Notes under the pieces: model-generated
Told to the model about the DNA's origin: nothing
Databases searched by the model: none
Seen by the model: only the letters and a program-made list of their open reading frames with translations
In this document: positions 30,095-37,902 of the stretch, one piece after another
Layout: every line of letters starts with the position of its first letter
Position numbering within the stretch: the stretch's first letter is position 1
Origin: Candidatus Omnitrophota bacterium
GTDB taxonomy: Bacteria; Omnitrophota; Gorgyraeia; Duberdicusellales; 4484-171
Direction of reading: 5' to 3'
Length of the DNA stretch: 64,000 nucleotides
NCBI GenBank assembly: GCA_014729775.1
Contig: WJJJ01000007.1
Location: forward strand, 30,302 to 94,301
Made by a program: the position numbers and the translations under genes

Positions 30095-31933
30095 ATGATA
30101 CCTTCACCGGAAGTTAAAGAACTGACGCTCAAGGATTACGTCGACATATTGCTGCGGCGGGTGTGGATACTTATGCTTTTTTTGGTCGTTATCCCCTCGA
30201 TCGTCGCAATCCGCGATCTGCGCATGGAGAAAGTGTATGAAGTAGAGACGAAGATCCTGTTAAAAAGCGAGATGCCGCAGATTTCCGGTAAAGAAGGGTT
30301 ATTATACCGTCAGGGAATGCCTGCGAAAGAGGACCAGGTTAATCTGCTTCAATCCCGGGCGCTTGCCGAGCGAGTGATCAAAACCTTGAATTTATCAAGC
30401 GAAGAAGAGTTTTCCGGAGCTTCCGATCCGGCGAGGTCTTTGCTTGAGAGGGTGACCGTAGAACAGGAGGACCAGCGCCGAAGCAATGTGGTATGGCTGC
30501 GGGTGGAGGGGAGTGATCCTCTGAAAATTACTAATATCGCCAATACCTGGGCCCAAGAGTTCATCGAACTGGATGTCGAACAAAGGATTTCTACGGCAAA
30601 ATACGGGGTAGCTTGGCTGAAGGAGCAGCTCGACCAAACACTCCAGAATCTTCAGGCGGCCGAAAAGAATCTCAATGCGTTTATTAAGAAAAACAAGATC
30701 GTGGCCATCCCTGACGTGGGAGAGCAGAAAGAGACTTTGATCGAACGGTTGAAAGAGCAAAAAGTTGATCTCGAAAAAGAATTGTTCGAGATGTCGAAAA
30801 AATATAAACTGAATCATCCCGATATGCTCGCCCTTCGTTCTCAGCTGGAGGCCGTCGAGAAATCTTTGGCAAAAGAAAAAAAGGCGGTGTTCGAATTGCA
30901 GGAGAAATCGCTCGAATACAGGATCCTTAAGCGGAATGTCGCTGCGCATAAATCGTTGTATGACGATTTTCTAAGGCGCATCAATGAACTTGAAGTGACC
31001 AAAGAGATGGTCAATTCGAACATCATGGTCGTTGAAGAAGCGCATATCCCTTCGGTTCCGATCAGGCCCCGGTTTGCCAGCGACATGGTCAAGGCGATTC
31101 TCATAAGTTTGGCGCTTGGCGCCGGGCTGTGCTATTTTCTCGAATACACCGATACTTCGCTCAAGACTTCGGAAGACGTCGAATTCTACACCCGGCTGCC
31201 ATTTCTCGGCTATGTACCTTCGGCAAAAAAAGGAGGGAAACGGGGAGATCCCAGTGTGCTCATCTCTTCTGCCGAGCCGTATTCTCAGGTGGCCGAAGCA
31301 TTAAGGAATCTGCGCGTATCTTTGATTTTTTCCTTTCCGGAGGATCATCCTTTGCGGTCGGTCATGGTGACGAGTGCCGTTCCCCGAGAAGGGAAAAGCT
31401 TTATCGCCGCCAATCTTGCGGTGATTTTTGCTCAGGCGAACGAAGAAACACTCTTGATCGAGACCGACATGCGCAAGGGGAAGCTTTCAAAGATATTTGA
31501 GATTGACGCAAAACACGGGCTCAGCAGTGTGTTAGCCGGACTTTGCCCCCTTGAAGATGCGGTGTCGCCTACTTCCATTCCCCATCTTTCCGTGATGCTT
31601 GCCGGGCCGTACACTCCGAATCCCGCGGAATTGTTGAGCTCGCATAAACTTGTCGAAATTATGGAAGAAGCAAAAAAGAAATATAAGCGAATCGTAGTGG
31701 ACGCGCCGCCGGTATTGGGGGTTGCCGATACGGTATTGGTCGGCGATAAATGCGACGGTGTTGTGTTCGTGGTGAAAACCGCCAGTACTTCCCTGAAGCT
31801 TGTAGAAGAGGCAAAAAAAATGATCACCGATAAAATGAAGGTGATCGGGGCGACATTGAATAATGTCGAAATGGAACGCGACCGGTATTACTACTACCAC
31901 TACTATTCTTATGCACCCGAGAAAAAAGGTTGA
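30095..31933 (+). CDS. wzc: Polysaccharide co-polymerase / BY-kinase (Wzc/EpsB-like tyrosine autokinase)
   Basis: N-terminal TM plus periplasmic coiled-coil (Wzz/GNVR-like), a second TM, a cytoplasmic P-loop ATPase (VTSAVPREGKSFIAANLA; VVDAPPVLGVADT), and the terminal Tyr cluster RDRYYYYHYYSY. Confidence 0.9.
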   Translation: MIPSPEVKELTLKDYVDILLRRVWILMLFLVVIPSIVAIRDLRMEKVYEVETKILLKSEMPQISGKEGLLYRQGMPAKEDQVNLLQSRALAERVIKTLNLSSEEEFSGASDPARSLLERVTVEQEDQRRSNVVWLRVEGSDPLKITNIANTWAQEFIELDVEQRISTAKYGVAWLKEQLDQTLQNLQAAEKNLNAFIKKNKIVAIPDVGEQKETLIERLKEQKVDLEKELFEMSKKYKLNHPDMLALRSQLEAVEKSLAKEKKAVFELQEKSLEYRILKRNVAAHKSLYDDFLRRINELEVTKEMVNSNIMVVEEAHIPSVPIRPRFASDMVKAILISLALGAGLCYFLEYTDTSLKTSEDVEFYTRLPFLGYVPSAKKGGKRGDPSVLISSAEPYSQVAEALRNLRVSLIFSFPEDHPLRSVMVTSAVPREGKSFIAANLAVIFAQANEETLLIETDMRKGKLSKIFEIDAKHGLSSVLAGLCPLEDAVSPTSIPHLSVMLAGPYTPNPAELLSSHKLVEIMEEAKKKYKRIVVDAPPVLGVADTVLVGDKCDGVVFVVKTASTSLKLVEEAKKMITDKMKVIGATLNNVEMERDRYYYYHYYSYAPEKKG

Positions 31934-33231
31934 TGAGAAGAAACGGATCAGAGATTTTCTTTGAGGGTGTGATTTGGTTCCTTATCTTTTTCCCGCCTCT
32001 TTTCTCCGGGGGGCTTCCCTTTCTGCCCAGGGTAATCCTTTTCACCGTAATTTTTAGTTTAGTCCCGCTCGTATTGTTGCGCGCCGCAGTGCGGTCTGAG
32101 TGGAGTGTTTGTTTTCCCCGAGAAATTTGGATATTGGGGGGTTTTTTTGCGGTGTTGGTGTTCCAGCTCATTCCTTTACCTGAGGGAATGCTTGGATTTT
32201 TTTCTCCGGCAACGGCGGCTATTTACCGGACCTATGCAGCCGAAGTTTCCCCGCGGGTATTCAGCATAAGCATTTATCCGTATGTGACTCTTCTTGAACT
32301 GGTGTATTGGGCCGGGTATGCGGGGCTTTTCCTGGTGGCGGTCAATTTGTTCAATACGCGCAGACGTATGATGCGTGTGGTGTACGTGATGATTCTTTGG
32401 GCGTTTGTGCTCGGAGCGTACGGAGTGATTGAAAAGTATATCCTTGGGTGGAGTGCGGGGAGATTAACGTTCAGCACATTCGGGAATAAGAATCACTTTG
32501 CCGGGTACATGGTGCTTATCTCGCCATTGGCATTTTCATTTGCATTTTACGAAAAAGATCGGGCAAAAAAATTGGTGCTTGGGTTTCTGGGCGGACTGTT
32601 ATCCCTGATGGTATTTTTATCGTTTTCCCGGGCAGGGACGATCGCGCTTCTTGGCGCACTGGGTTTTATGGGGCTGTTGGTATGGCAGCAGTCCAAAACA
32701 GCCAAAGCAGTGGGCGGGGTGGTGGCTGCGGTTTTGCTGGTCGCGGGGTTGCTGTCGCTGGCCGGTATCGATCAATTTATTCAGCGTTTTTCGTCCCTTC
32801 CTTCCGGGTTATACACCCGAACGATGCTGTTCCAGGATGCCTTAGAAATTATCGGAGACTTTCCGCTTTTCGGAACGGGTGAAGGAACTTTCCGCTATAT
32901 TTATCCGATGTATAAGGATATTATTACTACGAGGTTTACTTACCATCTTCTGAATGATCATCTGGAATTGCTCTTGGAAACGGGTCTCGCGGGTGCCTGT
33001 GCGTATTTTGGGTTTTTGAGTGCGGTATTCGTCCGAATCGTCCGGAAGCTGTCCGAACGGAAAGATCCTTTTGCGAAGTATCTCGTGATCGGCGGCCTGA
33101 GCGGAACCGCGGGGCTTCTGTTCCATAGTTTTTTTGAATTCAATTTTTTTGTGCCGGCGGTGGCCTGTATGTTTTGGCTGATTCTGGGGATTACTTATAA
33201 AGGAGTGCATACGAGGTTCGCGAGGCAATGA
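31933..33231 (+). CDS. O-antigen ligase / polymerase (Wzy_C) family integral membrane protein (second copy)
   Basis: A >=10-TM protein with the Wzy_C-like loop (LSFSRAGTIALLGALGF...LFGTGEGTF). The TGATG junction overlaps the wzc stop. Confidence 0.75.
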   Translation: MRRNGSEIFFEGVIWFLIFFPPLFSGGLPFLPRVILFTVIFSLVPLVLLRAAVRSEWSVCFPREIWILGGFFAVLVFQLIPLPEGMLGFFSPATAAIYRTYAAEVSPRVFSISIYPYVTLLELVYWAGYAGLFLVAVNLFNTRRRMMRVVYVMILWAFVLGAYGVIEKYILGWSAGRLTFSTFGNKNHFAGYMVLISPLAFSFAFYEKDRAKKLVLGFLGGLLSLMVFLSFSRAGTIALLGALGFMGLLVWQQSKTAKAVGGVVAAVLLVAGLLSLAGIDQFIQRFSSLPSGLYTRTMLFQDALEIIGDFPLFGTGEGTFRYIYPMYKDIITTRFTYHLLNDHLELLLETGLAGACAYFGFLSAVFVRIVRKLSERKDPFAKYLVIGGLSGTAGLLFHSFFEFNFFVPAVACMFWLILGITYKGVHTRFARQ

Positions 33232-34202
33232 AGTGGAACGCGCAGCATAGGTGTGGGATCTGGGCTGCAGCCGCGTTTCTGTGTGCGGTATCCGCGGTGA
33301 CTTTTCTTGTTTCCTCTTACCGTGCCGCAGCGCTGTATGCACGGATCGACCGGGCGACCGTGCCGCAATTGGAACGGGAAAGGGTGCGGTACTATGCGAA
33401 ACTGGGGCAGTTGTTCGTCAGGGCAACCACGCTTCAGCCGTTGAATGCCGACCTGTTGGCCCGGCGTGCCGATTTTATTCTCCGTGCTGGGGTTTGGCTG
33501 AATGATCAGCGGCCGGAGGCCCGGCGTCTGCTGAGACGTGCCGTGGAGGAAAATCCCACCAATTTTGTGTATCATCTTAAATTGGGGATGCTGGCCGAAG
33601 AACAGGGCCGTTATGAGGCAGCCGAACGTTTTTACCGGCAGGCGATGTCGTTACACCCAACCGATTATCAGGGGTATTTTCGTCAAAGCGTATTGGCACT
33701 TAAACAGGGACGGCAGGAGGCTGCCTTTCGCAATTTTTTTACGGCGATGTATTGCGTCGGCGGCAGGCGAAAAAAACTGTTTATGATGTTTGATGAGCTC
33801 TCTGCGGCAAATCCGGAGAGGTCACGGTTATCGTTTCGGGAGGAAATCCGCCGCCGGTGGATAGAGTACCGGGTTGTGCCGCTCAAGGTGGCATATCATT
33901 TTGGCGCACACGGGTTTCCGTCCATCCGGCACTACGAGCGACCGGACCCGCAGTATCGCTATCTTTCGTTTGATGTGGATATCCAGGCGCAGGGAAGCGA
34001 AGCTGTCCACCGGATTACTTTTGAGAATCAGGATTCATTTGAACGGGAATTCTTGAGCCGGGATGACCGCTGGTACGAAGTCCGGCTCGATGAATTCCCG
34101 GCACGAACACCATTGAGTCAAAATGCGATTAAAACGTATCCCCCCGGGCTTATCGAAGAACTCGTTTTTGAAATCCGGTTTGAATATAAACTGCTAAAGT
34201 AG
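33228..34202 (+). CDS. TPR-like repeat protein, probably exported
   Basis: ATGA overlap with the upstream Wzy-like gene. N-terminal hydrophobic segment (WAAAAFLCAVSAVTFLV) and TPR-like helical repeats (YHLKLGMLAEEQGRYEAAERFYRQAMSLHP...). Confidence 0.6.
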   Translation: MKWNAQHRCGIWAAAAFLCAVSAVTFLVSSYRAAALYARIDRATVPQLERERVRYYAKLGQLFVRATTLQPLNADLLARRADFILRAGVWLNDQRPEARRLLRRAVEENPTNFVYHLKLGMLAEEQGRYEAAERFYRQAMSLHPTDYQGYFRQSVLALKQGRQEAAFRNFFTAMYCVGGRRKKLFMMFDELSAANPERSRLSFREEIRRRWIEYRVVPLKVAYHFGAHGFPSIRHYERPDPQYRYLSFDVDIQAQGSEAVHRITFENQDSFEREFLSRDDRWYEVRLDEFPARTPLSQNAIKTYPPGLIEELVFEIRFEYKLLK

Positions 34203-34205
34203 TTA

Positions 34206-34233
34206 TTGAATTTAGTCCAGAAATTGTTACAAT
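34206..34233 (+). promoter_or_regulatory. Putative sigma70-type promoter TTGAAT-16-TACAAT
   Basis: TTGAAT at 34206-34211 and TACAAT at 34228-34233. The TSS is predicted ~10 nt before ATG 34251. Confidence 0.45.
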
Positions 34234-34250
34234 AACTGCGCGGAGCGTAT

Positions 34251-34571
34251 ATGATCACATTTGAAGATTTTTCCAAGGTGAATCTGCGAACCGGACGCAT
34301 CGATGATGTGCGCAGCCACCCGCAGGCGGAACAGCTGTATTTGCTGACGGTTGATCTGGGAGAAAAAACGATCCAGCTCGTGGCCGGGCTGAAGAAATAT
34401 TATTCGCCGGATGAGCTTCGGGAGAAAAATATCGTCGTGGTCACTAATCTTGCCCCCCGAAAGATCAGGGGGGAATTGTCTGAAGGGATGCTGCTCGCGG
34501 CCCAATCGGGAGATACCGCGAGCATTCTCGCCCCGGAAAAACCGCTCCCGCCGGGAAGTTTGATACGGTAA
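34251..34571 (+). CDS. csaA: tRNA-binding protein (CsaA/Trbp111/EMAP-like OB-fold)
   Basis: FSKVNLRTGRIDDVRSHPQAEQLYLLTVDLGEKTIQLVAGLKKYY...RKIRGELSEGMLLAA matches the tRNA_bind domain family. Confidence 0.8.
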   Translation: MITFEDFSKVNLRTGRIDDVRSHPQAEQLYLLTVDLGEKTIQLVAGLKKYYSPDELREKNIVVVTNLAPRKIRGELSEGMLLAAQSGDTASILAPEKPLPPGSLIR

Positions 34572-34573
34572 CA

Positions 34574-34984
34574 GTGAATACGAGAGTAATTGAATTTAGT
34601 ACCAAGGGGAACACGCATATTTTGAATATCACTCCCGAGCTTGATCGAATTCTGCGGGAAGAAAACGTGCGGGACGGGATCCTGTTTCTTTCGGCCATCG
34701 GGTCGACCGGGGGAATTACTACTATGGAATACGAGCCGGGTTTGGAAAAAGACCTGCGCCAGACCTTTGAGCAGTTATTCCCTTACAAAACCAACTATGC
34801 GCACAACTCCACGTGGGCGGATGACAACGGTCATTCCCATTTGCGGAGTTCTTTCCTTAAAACCAGCAGTTTTGTGTCTGTGACCGGAGGGAAGCTCGAT
34901 CTCGGCACCTGGCAGCAGGTAGTTTTTATTGATTTTGATACGAGACCCAGAGACCGCAGGATCCTAGTGAAGATCGTGACTTGA
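34574..34984 (+). CDS. YjbQ/UPF0047 family protein (secondary thiamin-phosphate synthase-like)
   Basis: GTG start 2 nt after the csaA stop. The conserved HLRSSFL...GKLDLGTWQQVVFIDFD motif of the YjbQ family is present. Confidence 0.8.
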   Translation: MNTRVIEFSTKGNTHILNITPELDRILREENVRDGILFLSAIGSTGGITTMEYEPGLEKDLRQTFEQLFPYKTNYAHNSTWADDNGHSHLRSSFLKTSSFVSVTGGKLDLGTWQQVVFIDFDTRPRDRRILVKIVT

Positions 34985-35020
34985 AGCAGCTCTTACCCCG
35001 TCGCACACTTCTTTGTATGC

Positions 35021-35866
35021 ATGAATCTTGCGCAGACAATTGAACGCACGCCCCTAGTCTTCCTTGACCTGGAAACAACCGGATTGGATGCAGAAAAGGG
35101 GGAATGTGTCTGTGAGATCGGAGCACTTCGCATCCGGGAAAGTTCCGTGAGCGAAACATTCCATACCCTGGTAAATCCGGGGAAAAAAATGCCCGAAGAG
35201 GCGTTTCGTATTCATAATATTTCGGATGAAGATCTCCGATCCGCTCCTTTTTTTCCGGATGTCGCCGGCAAACTTAAAGCTTTTTTGGACGGGGTGATCC
35301 TTTGCGCGTATAATGCCAGATTTGACGTCGGATTCCTGGATGCCGAATTCCGGAAGATCGGACTGCCTCTCTTATCATTGCCCATACTGGATGTCTATCG
35401 GATGGCCCGCCAGACGCTTTTGCTCGACAGATACACGCTTGCGGCGGTCGCGACTCATTTTCACATTGAGCCCTCCGGTGCGCACCGCGCGGTGGAAGAC
35501 GCGTCGGTGACGTTTCAGGTGTTTGAGAAAATGAGGGAAGCGCTTGCGCTGCAGGGGGTATGGTCATTGAAAGATTTTCTCACGCTGTTCGGTCTGCCCA
35601 ACAGCGTGTTCTTTGCGCTTCAGGAAAAAAAAGTAGCCTGCATGGCCGAATGCATAGAAAAAGATCAACCGGCGAAGGTCCGCTGGTTTTCCCGAAAGGC
35701 GGGAGTGAAAACCGAGGTCATGATACCATCACGCATTACGAAAGAGGAATGCGCTTTTATTTTCTTGTTCCGCGCCGCGGGCGGGAAAGAGAGCCGGATT
35801 TCCTGTGCCTATGTGTTGGATATCGAAAAAGTGCATTCTGCCGAAGACCGGGAAAATACGCTATGA
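35021..35866 (+). CDS. DEDDh 3'-5' exonuclease (DnaQ/Pol III epsilon-like) with extra C-terminal domain
   Basis: Exo motif I VFLDLETTGLD, motif II YNARFDVGFL, motif III HRAVEDA. About 110 aa of uncharacterised C-terminal extension follows. Confidence 0.8.
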   Translation: MNLAQTIERTPLVFLDLETTGLDAEKGECVCEIGALRIRESSVSETFHTLVNPGKKMPEEAFRIHNISDEDLRSAPFFPDVAGKLKAFLDGVILCAYNARFDVGFLDAEFRKIGLPLLSLPILDVYRMARQTLLLDRYTLAAVATHFHIEPSGAHRAVEDASVTFQVFEKMREALALQGVWSLKDFLTLFGLPNSVFFALQEKKVACMAECIEKDQPAKVRWFSRKAGVKTEVMIPSRITKEECAFIFLFRAAGGKESRISCAYVLDIEKVHSAEDRENTL

Positions 35867-35954
35867 AGGAAGAATGTAATTTGGTACAATAAAAAGCGGA
35901 ATAATCGATGCAGAGGGCTAACGTCGCGCACGTGAGTGAAAAAGAGGAGGGAAG

Positions 35955-36437
35955 ATGGATGATATTTTGGAAATTCTGGAAACAAATGCCCGGGTTTCTC
36001 TCGAAGAGCTTGAGAGGCTCACCGGAAAAAAGAAAAAGGATATTTCCCGGGCGCTGAAAAAGTACGAAAAGCAGGGGGTTATTGTAAAGTACAAGACCCT
36101 GCTGAATAAAGAAAAACTGAAAGAAGAAAAAAGCGTAATGGCGATCATAGAGGTGCAGGTAAGTCCGCAGAAAGATGTGGGGTTTGACCGGGTCGCTGAA
36201 AGGATTTACCGGTTTCCCGAGGTGAAGTATTGCTATTTACTGTCGGGGACCTATGATTTGCTGTTGATCGTAGAAGGGAAAGATATACATACCGTGGCCC
36301 GGTTTGTGTCCGAGAAGCTGGCACCGCTCAGTTCAGTGAAAGGAACCGTGTCGCATTTCCTTTTGAAAAAATACAAGGAAGACGGCGTCACCCTGGTGAA
36401 GAATGAAAAGAATCAACGGCTGGCGATAACCTACTAG
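35955..36437 (+). CDS. Lrp/AsnC family transcriptional regulator
   Basis: RBS aggaggg. N-terminal HTH (ILEILETNARVSLEELERLTG) plus a C-terminal RAM domain. At 160 aa it is the typical Lrp size. Confidence 0.85.
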   Translation: MDDILEILETNARVSLEELERLTGKKKKDISRALKKYEKQGVIVKYKTLLNKEKLKEEKSVMAIIEVQVSPQKDVGFDRVAERIYRFPEVKYCYLLSGTYDLLLIVEGKDIHTVARFVSEKLAPLSSVKGTVSHFLLKKYKEDGVTLVKNEKNQRLAITY

Positions 36438-36445
36438 GAGAAAGA

Positions 36446-37612
36446 ATGATTGCTGATCGCGTAAAAAATACTCCTCCCTCGGGAATCCGGGAGTTTTTTG
36501 ATTTAGTGCTGGGAATGCCGGAAGTGATCTCTCTCGGCGTAGGGGAACCCGATTTTATCACTCCCTGGCGGATCAGGGAAAAGGCGATTACCGCGCTGGA
36601 AGAAGGGTATACTTCCTATACATCCAATAAGGGGCTTCGGGTATTGCGGGAGGGGATCTCCCGGCGGATAAAGAAGAGGTATGATATCTCTTATGATCCG
36701 GACGAAGAAGTTTTGATTACCGTGGGGGTGAGTGAAGGGCTTGATCTGGCATTGCGCGCGGTGCTCAATCCGGGAGATGCGGTGGTTGTGGTCAGCCCGC
36801 ACTATGTCGCATACCCGGCATTAGTGGCGATGAATCACGGAAAAGTGCTGCCGTTGATTACCACCGAACAGGAACAGTTTAAAATAAATCCGGACCGGCT
36901 TGAACGGCTGCTGAAAAAGAATCCCAAAGCCATTATTCTAAATTATCCTTCGAATCCCACCGGCGCAACCTATCGGAGAGATGAGTTGCGCACACTATGG
37001 AAATACCTCCGAAGAAAAGATACCGTGGTCATTACCGACGAGGCCTACGAGGATATTTCTTTTGATGTCGCGCACACTCCTTTTGCGGTCCTGGATTCCC
37101 GGGCCAGAGATCGGACGATTCATCTGAGTGGATTTTCAAAAGGGTGTGCGATGACCGGTTTCCGGGTAGGCTACGCCTGCGCTTCTCAAAAGTTTATCGG
37201 TGCGATGACCAAAATTCATTCGTTTTCCATGCTGTGCGGGCCAATTGTATCCCAATTGGCGGGGATTGAAGCGTTGCGGACCGAAAAGGAGATCGCCCAA
37301 ATGACCAAAGCCTACCGCCGTCGCCGGGAATTTATGGTGAAGGAACTGAACCGGATCGGTTTGCCCGCACACATGCCCCAAGGCACGTTTTACTGTTTTC
37401 CTTCGGTATCGGCAACCGGACTCACCGCGATGGAGTTCGCCAAACGCTTGTTGTTCGAAGAGAAGGTTGCCGTGGTGCCGGGAACCGCGTTCGGGCAGGA
37501 ATTCGGAGAATATGTGCGAATGTCCTGTGCCAATACATTGGACAGTCTTAAGGAAGCGGCGATTAGGATAGAACGGTTCGTGGGAAGGGTATGCTGCGAA
37601 GGAAAAAGATAA
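36446..37612 (+). CDS. Pyridoxal-phosphate-dependent aminotransferase, class I (aspartate/aromatic aminotransferase family)
   Basis: NYPSNPTGATY and the SGFSKGCAMTGFRVGY PLP-lysine motif are present. RBS taggag. Confidence 0.9.
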   Translation: MIADRVKNTPPSGIREFFDLVLGMPEVISLGVGEPDFITPWRIREKAITALEEGYTSYTSNKGLRVLREGISRRIKKRYDISYDPDEEVLITVGVSEGLDLALRAVLNPGDAVVVVSPHYVAYPALVAMNHGKVLPLITTEQEQFKINPDRLERLLKKNPKAIILNYPSNPTGATYRRDELRTLWKYLRRKDTVVITDEAYEDISFDVAHTPFAVLDSRARDRTIHLSGFSKGCAMTGFRVGYACASQKFIGAMTKIHSFSMLCGPIVSQLAGIEALRTEKEIAQMTKAYRRRREFMVKELNRIGLPAHMPQGTFYCFPSVSATGLTAMEFAKRLLFEEKVAVVPGTAFGQEFGEYVRMSCANTLDSLKEAAIRIERFVGRVCCEGKR

Positions 37613-37881
37613 AAATAGGGAAAAAATACATCCAAGGGTATCTTATCCCCCTGCAGAAAAACGTGTGTATCGTGTTGCGGGGATCGAACGGATACGTGAT
37701 GTGCGGTTACCTGGATATCCGTACGGCGAACAAGAGCCGAGAATGCGCCGTGAGGATATCGGGCGTCACTACCTTTGAGGAGGCGTTGAATGCGCGGGCT
37801 GAGTCGGTTTCCCGTGCCGCTGAATCAAGAGGGGTGAAGAAAAATCAGAGAATTCGCGAGATCCTGCCGCGCATCGTGTGA
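37591..37881 (+). CDS. Small conserved hypothetical protein (possibly DUF1805/YunC-like)
   Basis: ATG at 37591 with RBS ggaagg; it overlaps the aminotransferase 3' end by 22 nt. The motif VLRGSNGYVMCGYLDI...VRISGVTTFEEALNA resembles the YunC-like family, but the assignment comes from memory only. Confidence 0.4.
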   Translation: MLRRKKIKIGKKYIQGYLIPLQKNVCIVLRGSNGYVMCGYLDIRTANKSRECAVRISGVTTFEEALNARAESVSRAAESRGVKKNQRIREILPRIV

Positions 37882-37902
37882 GAAACCTGCATCCCCGGAA
37901 TA

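Noticed and set aside
34206-34610. Repeated 11-mer TTGAATTTAGT (34206 and 34598) as a possible regulatory repeat
   Set aside because: The second copy lies inside the YjbQ coding sequence (codons I-E-F-S), so a single exact 11-mer repeat at this distance is most likely chance.
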